Shown here: one piece after another, positions 28,731-38,371 of the stretch
Layout: each line of letters begins with the position of its first letter
How positions within the stretch are numbered: the stretch's first letter is position 1
NCBI GenBank assembly: GCA_965285935.1
Contig: OZ260664.1
Coordinates: forward strand, 11,594,001-11,658,000
Origin: Ophelia neglecta
Taxonomy: Eukaryota
Direction: 5' to 3'
Length of the DNA: 64,000 nucleotides
Position numbers and translations under genes: made by a program
Notes under the pieces: generated by a model
Database searches by the model: none
Told to the model about the DNA's origin: nothing
Seen by the model: only the letters and a program-made list of their open reading frames with translations

Positions 28731-29024
28731 AAAGCTGTCTGTCTAGCTTTCCTGCTGCCTGCTAAATCAAAGATGGCTACACGTGCTACGTCCTCGATCA
28801 CCTGATGTGTGCCTGGCGCCCCCTGCCCATATACCATTTACTGTCAAGTCACGTACGCCATACCCAACTAGTCCCAGCAGTAGTATAGCAATAGCCATGG
28901 AAAATAATGCATACTGCTAGCGAAGTAGTATTGCCACAGGCAAAAACATAGTACTCCCTAAATACAAGGAGGCCCGAGTCGAAAGGTGACAAAACATGTT
29001 ATCGCCTTGCGATAAAATATATTT
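28731..29024 (-). repeat. Split direct repeat A2 (294 bp), abutting B1
   Basis: Copy of 35463-35756; shares TTT (29022-29024) with B1. Confidence 0.95.
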
Positions 29025-29416
29025 GTCGACTTCTTTCGCCTCTAGCCACATCATTCATCTCCAATTTAACTTAATTATACAGTGAAACCTGCCTTAAAGA
29101 CCACCTGTCTAATCAGACCATATATTTTAGGAACAGAACACTGACTTTCCATTGATTTTGACCTGTCTATTCAAACCACCTGCCTATAAAGACCACAATT
29201 TTTCAGTCCTTTGGGTGGTCTTAATACCCAGGTTTCACTGTAATTAAAATAATTGAGCTGACTAGCAAGTGGGGTGCACAAATAATAAAAACCTGTATTT
29301 ATTACCGAAATACAATCAAAATCGAAATTACTCCTGATACTATGATAATTATTAATGTTTATCACTGACTAGCCAAATTCGACTTATCGTCATGGGGAGG
29401 CGCCCGATAGGACCCC
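29022..29416 (-). repeat. Split direct repeat B1 (395 bp)
   Basis: Matches 27150-27544 with two substitutions seen (29202/27330 and 29258/27386). Confidence 0.95.
29080..29240. mobile_element. Same 161-bp MITE inside repeat B1
   Basis: Same TIRs and TA flanks as 27208-27368. Confidence 0.85.
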
Positions 29417-29764
29417 CACAAGAGGTCCCACATGAAAGGAGCAGCCAAACTGCAGCCCGAATGTGGGGCCTCGCGCCCCCCATGCGACAGCGATAATATA
29501 AATATCTGAAATCCTGATAGTATTATTCCCCAAATTTGCTAACAGGCATCTCTGTAGCGAATCAAGATAAAGTGGCCTGCCTAAATCTAAGCAGAATGGC
29601 TGTAGACCCCTTCCCGTTTACAGTATCTAATGCTTGGTAACCCATGTTGCACACCCCACTCACCACCGGTATCTGTCTAGTAGTATCTCAGCCCATTATT
29701 ATCTTTGAACCAACCTTAATCACACAATATTTCCCATGTGCCACACTGTGATATTAAATGATGT

Positions 29765-30739
29765 TCACTGATTTATTAAAACATCTGGCCTAATGTAATT
29801 CAAAAAAGCATAGGACTTCCATCTCCCCATAAGCCTGATTTGCTCCTGGGAACTGCCATTCATAGCCATCTGAGTTGCCCTACCTAGCCTAAATGAATGT
29901 GTATTAAAGCAATCTGAGTCCAGTCCTAATTGACAAATGCACCTTTTCAAAACATTGACCACCTGGTTCCTGGAGAGGGCATGTGATTCCAGGTTCTTTT
30001 TAAACAGTGGACCTGCTTCCTCCCCTCTTAACTGCATGTATTGCCCTAAAGCTTGTACTGGGCAATAAGAACCTTTCACTTCTTTCACTTTTATCTTTGG
30101 GGTAAACCCTTGGCTATGCTTATATTTCTCAAAATTAATAATGTAAGCATTGACCCTACCATCAGGCGACCAAGACCAGCTTAATTGTTTCAACTGCAGT
30201 GTATTTGTCTCATTGCCAGCAGTGACAGCTTCCCCAACCCTGAGACAACCATAAAACAAGGTTAGAAAAAGGGCCCTATATAGGACCTGTTCATCCCTGG
30301 GCAACCCTATGTAGCTAAGTTGAGCTAACACCTTTTGTAATAATGTTAAGGTTATTGGCAACAAATGTTTCTGCCCCTGAGCACAACGTTTAACTCCTGC
30401 CATTAGTTTGGCAACCACAAAGGATGAGGTTATATCTGGTAGCCTCCATAACCTATGGTAAAAAGCTATAGCTGACAAATGTGTGGAGATTGTGGCATAT
30501 TTCCTGCCAAGTGTAAACAAATGACAAATAAATGCACTTAACACTGTGACCATATCAGTCTGCTGGTATGGGACCATAGAAGATGTTTGTACGAAATTCA
30601 TATAAGATTGCCAGTGCTTAGCATATTGTCTAAAAGAGGCTTCTTCCATTGAGGCAAGGATCAGTCTGCTCCCCACAGATTGAAGTTTTCGGGCCGAAGA
30701 TGATAAGGCACTGAAGTTGATCGCGGTTGCAATCCCCAA
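29765..30739 (-). CDS. Tyrosine recombinase (YR), open frame intact, overlapping the RNase H end
   Basis: Catalytic signature LRVGE ... KH ... HSFRLGRAT ... GRWKS ... LNYIR. First ATG at 30649; the ORF-track start is TTG. Confidence 0.95.
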   Translation of the reverse strand: MGIATAINFSALSSSARKLQSVGSRLILASMEEASFRQYAKHWQSYMNFVQTSSMVPYQQTDMVTVLSAFICHLFTLGRKYATISTHLSAIAFYHRLWRLPDITSSFVVAKLMAGVKRCAQGQKHLLPITLTLLQKVLAQLSYIGLPRDEQVLYRALFLTLFYGCLRVGEAVTAGNETNTLQLKQLSWSWSPDGRVNAYIINFEKYKHSQGFTPKIKVKEVKGSYCPVQALGQYMQLRGEEAGPLFKKNLESHALSRNQVVNVLKRCICQLGLDSDCFNTHSFRLGRATQMAMNGSSQEQIRLMGRWKSYAFLNYIRPDVLINQ

Positions 30740-32422
30740 GCTTGTAGGTTGTGTGCTGACACCTTCTGTCGAGAAATAAGATCACAAGTTATGTTCTTTG
30801 TACCAGGCAAATGTTCTGCCCTAATAAAGATGTTATGTTTCAATTGTACCAAAACCATTCACCTGATTAATGTCATGATATGTCTAATAGGGGAGGTCTG
30901 TTTATTCAATGCAAACACTACCCCTAAATTGTCACAATGGAAGGTAATGTGGCAGTTTGCCAACTCCTGTGCAAACATATTGAGAAGTACAAAAATTGGA
31001 AACAATTCTAGAATTGCTATGTCTAGCTCTCTCCAGTTGACAGGCCATAGGCCGTGAATCCAATTAGTACCAAATGTGCCTCCATAACCAGATTTAGAGG
31101 AATCAGTATACAGATTGATATTCTGTTGATCAAACATGTCTGCCCATAACATCATTGTTACCCCATTGTACTCTTTGAGGAAGTGTTCCCACATTTCAAG
31201 ATCCATTCTCATAGCCCTGTCCACCTTTACCTTATGCCAAGCAAGTTCTTTTCCCACTAATGGCATTGTACAACCTTCTTAAGAAAGGACGGCCCGGTCT
31301 AACTACTATGGAAGCAAATGCCAGACAACCAATGGCTGACCTTAATTCTCTGCCTGTGACCACCTCTTGTCTTTGAATTTGTGCTATTTTCTCCCTGTAT
31401 GCCTTTATCTTGTCTACTGGCAGCCTAGTTATCATTTGTACTGAATCAAGTTCTAACCCAAGGGAAACCATTACCAGTGCAGGCCCTACAGTTTTCTCCT
31501 CTGCTATGGGGACACCTACCTCCATACACAATGCTTTGAAATCCTGCAGATATTTATGACAAATGTTGTATTCCTTATTGAGAAACATGAAATCATCCAA
31601 AACCTTCACCACAAATTCCACCCCGAATTGAGTTCTCATAATCCATTTCAAGGCATCCGAAAATGCCTCAAAAATTTTACACGAAGCTGAACACCCCATT
31701 TGTAAACAGCGATCATAATAATATAAATTCTTCCAGGTGAACCCAAAAAGATGATACTGTGAGGGGTGCACCGGAATGATGCGAAAAGCATGTGCTAAAT
31801 CTGTTTTAGCCATAAAAACACGAGGCCCTTGCCCTCTTATTATTTTGATGGCATCCTCAATGCTTTGATACTTTACTGTGGCTGACTCCCTGGGGATGTT
31901 AGTATTAACTGCTGCTTCATTGTAAGGGTATGAAAGATTGTGCAGCAATCTATACTGCCCTGGAGTGGACTTCTCCCTAATGGCAAGAGGTGTGCATTTA
32001 AAATTGTCTAGTGGTGGTTTATTAAAGGGGCCCGCTATTCTTCCAGCCTGCAGCTCTTTGGACAAATTTGCCTCCACTGCCTCTGGGTTCATCAGAGCAG
32101 ATCTAGCATTATTACACGACAGAGACGTATCTTCCCCTACAAATGGGATCTTAAAGCCCTCCGAAAACCCTTTCACTAACGGATCCCTGAGCCTGGCAGG
32201 GTATTTGCTTAAGTACTTAACTAAGTTGTTAATGTTTACTGGGGTTGTCAGTTTTGTAGCCGGGGCACTCGCAGTCTCTGTGCTTCCCTGAACATATGTA
32301 GCAGTCATGTCTCCAGCGGCACTTTGGGTCATTGCACTTTCCTTGGAGGTGATAGGCCCTGCAGAAACCATATGGCGGTACCTGTATACTGGCTGCCTCC
32401 CCCTGATCTTGTCCCCTTTCAA
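30661..32422 (-). pseudogene. pol (reverse transcriptase + RNase H), disrupted
   Basis: RT motifs KTDLAHAFRIIP, CLQMGCSASCKIF, VLDDF, LGLELDS. Frameshift near 31250. RNase H motifs LYTDSS, ILELFPI, HCDN, HLPG-N-CDLISR. In-frame TGA at 30859-30861. Confidence 0.9.
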
Positions 32423-33457
32423 AGCTGCTTTTGGGACGAAAACTATTAGCTCCCCTGCTACAGTTTGCCCTCAATGATAACTTAAATGACAGGTCTGGTC
32501 TGGTATGATCCCAGGGATACCACACGGTAGCTCTACCAGCCCTGAACTCCCCGTCATACCATGCCTAATCTGCTCCCCACTCTGCCAATTCCCGTACCTT
32601 GTTAGCGTGAACCAGCAATGCTTTACATTCCAGTGGAAATTTCTCACTGTATATCTGGGAAAATATGTCAAATGCCCTGCTCCATTGTAAAATATTCAAG
32701 TCTTTAAATTGCTTTCTCTGTAGCTTCAACCTAGGCTCGTCCCCATCTAAATCAATCCTCAGGGCCCCCTTTTTCCAATCTGCTTCTTTATGCTGCCCCA
32801 ATAAATCTCCCAATTCTACAAATTGGTGTTGCCAAATTTTTTGTTTTAACTTCATAGGTACACTAGCCCCTAGTGGAATGTCGTATAAATCTTTAGCTTG
32901 ATTGTCACATGAAGCTATAGCTGGACTATCGTACGGAGCTCTAGCTGACCTCTGAGGAACTACCTGTATCTGCTCTCCTTTGTGCTGTGTAAAATTTACC
33001 TCCTGTTCAGAGAACATGGATGTACAAATCTCAGCATTAGAGCCACCTATGGTAGCTGTGTCAAATGGCTTCTCCCCTAGTATATCTGGGCCCCCTGGGG
33101 TTGTATTACCTGAACCCTGCTTCTGTTGACTGGTTCCTGTGGTGACCTTTGTGGTATTCTCTGTATTGTTATTGACTGGTATGTGTCTATAATTGTTGTC
33201 CCTGAAGTGCTGGCTGCACCACTGAGAATCACTGATGTCAATAATTCCAGTTTCTTTTCTAGTCCTGACATCCTTTCCTCCATCCCGGAATTAGGAAGCT
33301 CTACTTCGTGTCCCACCCTATTCTGTTTTTCTCCTATATTGCCACTTGCCTCCCCCTCACCCCTTTTTCTTGTTAGTCTCCCTTGCGCTTTGCTTTTCTC
33401 AGGAAGTACTGGAACTTGATCCATGTTATCCCTTGCCCGTTTCTTTCCCCTAGGCAT
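32229..33457 (-). pseudogene. gag-like ORF1, disrupted
   Basis: ATG at 33457 (MPRGKKRARD). One frameshift lies between about 33290 and 33080, joining the 32565-33017 frame. An in-frame TAG at 32565-32567 falls in D*AWYDGEFR (the W-x-x-YD-x-x-FR motif of DIRS/Ngaro gag). C-terminal Cys/His knuckle CRAYHLQGKCNDPKCRWRHDCYICSGKH. Confidence 0.85.
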
Positions 33458-33543
33458 GATGTCCTCTGAAAAATATTTCTGCCAAAAAAACACAAATTAA
33501 ACTCGCAACATTGTAAACTGTTCCCTTTATATAATTCAAATTA

Positions 33544-33710
33544 CAGTGAAACTTGTATATTAATACTTTCCAAGGAACTGTCAAATGATGGTTTATATGG
33601 GCAGGTGGTCAGAAAACCAATGGAAAGATTGGTATTCTGCTTCTAAAAGGGGTGTTCTGATTTTACCAGTGTTTTGTTTCGAGAGGTGGTCTTCCAGACA
33701 AGTTTCACTG
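33544..33710. mobile_element. 167-bp diverged MITE of the same family, opposite orientation, upstream of gag
   Basis: TIR CAGTGAAACTTGT...ACAAGTTTCACTG with TA flanks; the reverse complement aligns with the B-repeat MITE (AAGACCACCT, CTTTCCATTG, ACCACCTGCC). Confidence 0.8.
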
Positions 33711-33793
33711 TATTAATTTGGCAAGCAGTTCTATTGTTTCCCACAGTTTTGGACGCAGCGAACAAGCAAAGCGACGCCAACAAAAGGTACATT

Positions 33794-34060
33794 TAGCCAC
33801 TTACAATGCCGGCCGCAGCGAGCCTCTTCACACGGTACTATAGCCACTTACGGTGAAGCCGCGCGAACCGCCTCTACCTGGTTCTATAGCCACTTACAGT
33901 AAAGGCCGCGCGAACCGCCATTACCCGGTTCTATAGCTACTTACAGTAAAGGCCGCGCGAACCGCCTAATACCTGTTCTATAGCCACTTACAGTATAGGC
34001 CGCGCGAACTGCCCAATACCTGGTTCTATAGCCACTTACAGTAAAGGGCCGCGCGAACTC
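33794..34060. repeat. 46-48-bp tandem array (about 5.7 units) between the SGNH ORF and gag
   Basis: Units start at 33794, 33841, 33887, 33934, 33981 and 34029: TAGCCACTTACAGTAAAGGCCGCGCGAACCGCC...GTTCTA. Confidence 0.92.
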
Positions 34061-34690
34061 CAAACCGCATTAGAAACAACCGAAGCCACTAGATTTTTGC
34101 CTTTCATTAGTCGAAACTTGTATTTAATGGCACAAATTATTATGCCACCCTGAGTATTTTCCCCCGAGAGACATTAACAGCACCTTAAAATCAAGCATAT
34201 AACGTAGTCTTGAAACTCATCAACTCCAAAATTCATTTGGACCTCCCATACCGTGCACCAGAAAACTACACCCTGCCTAATCCCTCTATGTACTATAATT
34301 TTCTGCCCACATGCATGCATGTATTTGTCAGTCCTGGCCACCCAAGGGGTAACACCAGCTAACCCTGTCTAACCTATCCACATAACCCCCTGTGCTATTA
34401 CATTTGTTTATGTGCATGTAAGGGGTGGGGGGGGGGGGGCATCTATCGCTGTTTTTGTGCAGCAGGCTTACTACTAATATGAAAAGAATGTCTCTGTTTC
34501 CTTCATTTTAGGTTATAATTATCTATTACATAAATATTACATAAAATTGCTTATTTCGAAAAGTCGATATTCAACCATGTATATCATGCACAAATCAACA
34601 AATTTGGAATGGCGATATTTTGATATGTAGTATATCAATGACCCTCCTACCGTCCCCCTCCTCCACCCCTAGCCCTACATATATCTGTCC

Positions 34691-35371
34691 CTAATCCCTA
34701 CTTGACTGTGCTTTCCCGATCAGTTTAAAACTTGCCCTTCTAATTGATCGTACATAGCTTTCCCTTCCCTCTTTCTTGTTTGGGTGGATCCCATCCCAAG
34801 ACCATTGTTCCACATCCATGGTTTTGCCCTTGTTATTCTCCCAAAACCCCTCGTGTGTCCAATACATAATCTTGTCATTATCCTCTGCCATTGTTCTTAA
34901 TATTCTATTAAAATGCCCCACCTTTTCCCTAAACTGCTGTGCTGACATAGCTCCTAGGCCCCCCTCCCTCCACAAACAACTGCAGACCATGGCCTGGCTA
35001 GCGCCCTCCTCCAGGCACCATTCGGCCAGCCCTATCACTGCCCCTGCCGCCTGCAATGGCGATATGCTAAGTGAAGTGAGGTCATTTGTCCCAATATCTA
35101 ACAAAATAATGCACCCTTTTTGCAACCCCCTCGCGATTACCCTGCGCGCATGTATGCCAAAATGTCCAACAACCTTTAGACCCGGCTGGGCGGCAAAAGT
35201 AAGGCGATCCAATTTTCCAGACATTCTCAAATGGTCTATCACCCCACCATTGTCTCCCCCAGTGCCTATGACCTTGTCTGCTGGGGACTGGAACTTGCCT
35301 ATTCTACCCCATATGTGTTGTTCCATCCCGGTTATGAAACTGTGCCCACCGATAACTAAATGTTCCTTCAT
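34691..35371 (-). CDS. SGNH/GDSL-type hydrolase (esterase), 226 aa, intact, retrotransposon-encoded
   Basis: Block I VIGGHSF (nucleophile Ser), block III LDIGTNDL, block V WDGIHPN (DxxH). ATG start with no interruptions. Confidence 0.9.
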   Translation of the reverse strand: MKEHLVIGGHSFITGMEQHIWGRIGKFQSPADKVIGTGGDNGGVIDHLRMSGKLDRLTFAAQPGLKVVGHFGIHARRVIARGLQKGCIILLDIGTNDLTSLSISPLQAAGAVIGLAEWCLEEGASQAMVCSCLWREGGLGAMSAQQFREKVGHFNRILRTMAEDNDKIMYWTHEGFWENNKGKTMDVEQWSWDGIHPNKKEGRESYVRSIRRASFKLIGKAQSSRD

Positions 35372-35462
35372 GTTAAGGTAGCGTATCTTGGCTATATAAT
35401 CACCCTTTAGGAACTATAAAACCGCCTTTACCTTGTAGTTATTGCTTCAAACCCCGTGAACT

Positions 35463-35756
35463 AAAGCTGTCTGTCTAGCTTTCCTGCTGCCTGCTAAATC
35501 AAAGATGGCTACACGTGCTACGTCCTCGATCACCTGATGTGTGCCTGGCGCCCCCTGCCCATATACCATTTACTGTCAAGTCACGTACGCCATACCCAAC
35601 TAGTCCCAGCAGTAGTATAGCAATAGCCATGGAAAATAATGCATACTGCTAGCGAAGTAGTATTGCCACAGGCAAAAACATAGTACTCCCTAAATACAAG
35701 GAGGCCCGAGTCGAAAGGTGACAAAACATGTTATCGCCTTGCGATAAAATATATTT
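35463..35756 (-). repeat. Split direct repeat A1 (294 bp), 5' terminus of the element
   Basis: Identical by eye to 28731-29024 (AAAGCTGTCTGTCTAGC...GCGATAAAATATATTT). Confidence 0.95.
35500..35590 (-). promoter_or_regulatory. Candidate Pol II promoter within repeat A (duplicated in A2)
   Basis: Minus-strand TATA-like GTATATGG (35566) about 28 nt before Inr-like TCAG (35537); E-box CACGTG 35512-35517; YY1-like AAGATGGC 35502-35509. Motif inspection only. Confidence 0.4.
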
Positions 35757-38184
35757 ATTTTCAATGAAAATCACATTATAGTAAAAAAAGAACTATAAAC
35801 TATACACCTATTTATCCAAGACCGGCATGCCTAAAGCACTATTGTACACAGTTCGGCAAATTTAGAAAGGGGAGATTTGAGGCAAGAACGGTAATGAAGC
35901 TTTTCAGCTGTAAATCTATCTAGTGGATGAAAGTGTTTTCCTTCGACTTAGATTAGACGAGTATTAATACAATGTTATATCTATCAACACTTTATTGTGA
36001 ACGAATATTAGCTTTGATGAAAGTACTAATAAATGTATTTTTGTTTATCATCAAACAAATTTTACTTGAAGGGAAGGGCATTATAATGGATCATCTTCTG
36101 ATAAGATTGATTCCCGCTGATATTTAATATCTTCCGTCGGAACATACACGCATAAGATTTTTCGAAGATTCTTATTCCATTAATTTTACCATCGATTATC
36201 AGTATCTGATTATTGTTATATATCCGGCGGCAGAAGTTGAACATTTGGATAAGTAGGCAAAGCACAACAGTTGCTTTCAAAAAGTGCCACTTATCTGACG
36301 TTAATATACATTAATGTTATGTCGAGCGTAGCTCGAGGTGTGCCAAGCTGCACCATGATGGGCCGCGGGTCGTCGCATCACAGTGAACGAGGTCCAGAGC
36401 GCTTTACCAGTTAGGCATATAATCGTGTTAAGATGTTGAGAAAATGTGTAGCCATATGTTTTGTTTCTGGGACGTATATTAGATGTCTATTGATTATCGT
36501 GTAGCATATAAGCCTCGCTGGAAATTCGCATTGACTGTATGAATGTAGCCCAAAAAAAACCACAATAATTAATTTCCGTAGAACGGAGTTTAAAGATACA
36601 AATTAGATGGCACTTGGGCAATTATTTCCTGCGGCGACTGAATTTATTATGAAGTCAGCATGCTTAAAAGCCGCATGCTTAGTAGGATGTATTGCAGATG
36701 TTGACTATATCTACTCATTAGTTGGGCAGAGCTACTACTGTGGCTGAAGAATATAGCTAGTATGTTGAGGGCCTAGCGGCCTTTGGAACCGTGTATGTCA
36801 CCATGGACCATATGTTTGCTTTGAATTTTCTCTTCGAACATAACAAATCAGCAAAAAAGAATTATTCTATTTAAGCCGTGTGATCACCACCTGTGGCTAT
36901 ACATTTTCGAGGTGCTAGCTTAAATCAGTCTTTGTGTCTAGTTACAAAAAAAGGTGTTATCTAGTTATGGTAGGCCTTTTGTTTAATTACTTTCATGTTT
37001 TGTTGCACTTCAAATTTTTTTATCGACAACTGTTACAATCATTTGTCATGGTTCAGCCACTCCTTCCCGGATATCGCTAACGAATGCCTGACGGAAAGAA
37101 ACCCTGCAAGAAAAAAGTATCCGGTGGTAATAGTCATCTCGTTTGCAGCTTCTTTTTCTCGTGTATTCAAAAAAGTTCCGACATGGATATTTCTGCTGTT
37201 TTATAAGCAGAAATTTGGGCTGCTCGAGGGAAGCCTATCTATCGTGAGTGCTGTGACTATTATGCATTTACATGGATAAGCCAAGTCAGCTGAAGAAAAA
37301 TGCCAATAACCCTTCACTGTTCTTTTAACACGACAAAATATATTTTGCATGACTGCTTATAGCATAATACCCATCTGGCTGATTCCAAACTCACGAAGAA
37401 CTGTTAAATAATTTTATCCCAAAATAGATGTTAAGTTGTGTCATTTTTTTTCAACATCTTATGACAAATTGATCAAAACCGACCCTCACTGTTGAAGAAT
37501 CTGAAGATCGCAAGGAAAGGCTAGCACGCGCACCTTAATCCAAGTCTGATATATTTTTTGTTTTAGCTTTCCTGAATTTTTAAACAGCATACCATAATTG
37601 GATATTTTAATGTTCCTTTTGCGTAATTTTTAAGAATAACTTCCCATGCCTTCATGTTTTTCACTTGTTACTCATTGTACTCTGGTATTGTACACAACTT
37701 AAATTCATTAGAATAGAAGGTCAAACGATTATTTGGTGGGCGGCTTCTCCTCGCCAGTGAGCTATAAATATGTTCTATATTGGTTTAGAACCGTCGGGTT
37801 GTAATTGTGCATATAAACATAAGGGTTTTATGAGCTAGCAGGTTCTAGCTAGAGAGATAGAAGCTACCCTTTGCGCCCACTGGCAGAATTAAAAAGATTC
37901 AGTTGTCTAGCTATGGGTAAATTTAAACGTTTGATGGATATATTTTTATGTTAATTTTCTTTGTCTGCCGGGCCATTCTCGTTTTGTTCAGATACCTAAA
38001 ACTCTCGAACAAATATGTCGGACAAAAGGCAAGAAAGTCTAAGGAATAATTTACTGCCCAACAGGTATAAGAAACTTGCTATTACCGACAACATAGTGAT
38101 GTGGTTGTGTCAATTTAAGGCAGAGTGGGAAAAGTGGTGTGTTAATCAACATTTACCACATAAGTTCAAAGAAAATTGAAAATA

Positions 38185-38190
38185 TTTATT
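38185..38190 (-). terminator. Candidate polyadenylation signal (AATAAA) of the CACHD1-like gene
   Basis: TTTATT on the plus strand about 180 nt past the stop codon. Confidence 0.4.
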
Positions 38191-38371
38191 GATTCTTATA
38201 ATTTCAGCATACTCTACTCTGTGTATAAGATTATGTGCATGACTAATTGTCTGCCTGGTCAATAAGATAAAATCCATTTTATAGCATGTTTTCTCATAGA
38301 AATGACCACTAATCAGAAACAAATATCTGGTAAAGTGCTAAGCTACACACACGATGACGTGGTTGACTGCA

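Larger units (their letters stand above)
27150..35756 (-). mobile_element. Full-length tyrosine-recombinase retrotransposon (DIRS order, Ngaro/PAT-type split direct repeats) with an SGNH hydrolase ORF
   Basis: Minus-strand gag (Cys/His knuckle), RT, RNase H and YR ORFs overlap in the usual DIRS order. Direct repeats are arranged A1(35463-35756)...B1(29022-29416)A2(28731-29024)...B2(27150-27544). No inverted LTR/ICR, no DAM-methylase domain, and no TSD other than a shared TTT. Confidence 0.95.

Noticed and set aside
30661-30860. DAM-like methyltransferase domain expected in DIRS1-type pol
   Set aside because: Pol ends shortly after RNase H with no such motifs, consistent with a Ngaro-type rather than a DIRS1-type element.
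33794-34060. CRISPR-like appearance (conserved block plus variable block)
   Set aside because: The variable parts are homologous to each other rather than unique spacers; the context is eukaryotic and there are no cas genes.
34776-35381. 201-aa plus-strand ORF, and other plus-strand ORFs at 30749, 31938, 32665 and 33126
   Set aside because: Antisense shadows of the retroelement ORFs with no recognisable motifs.
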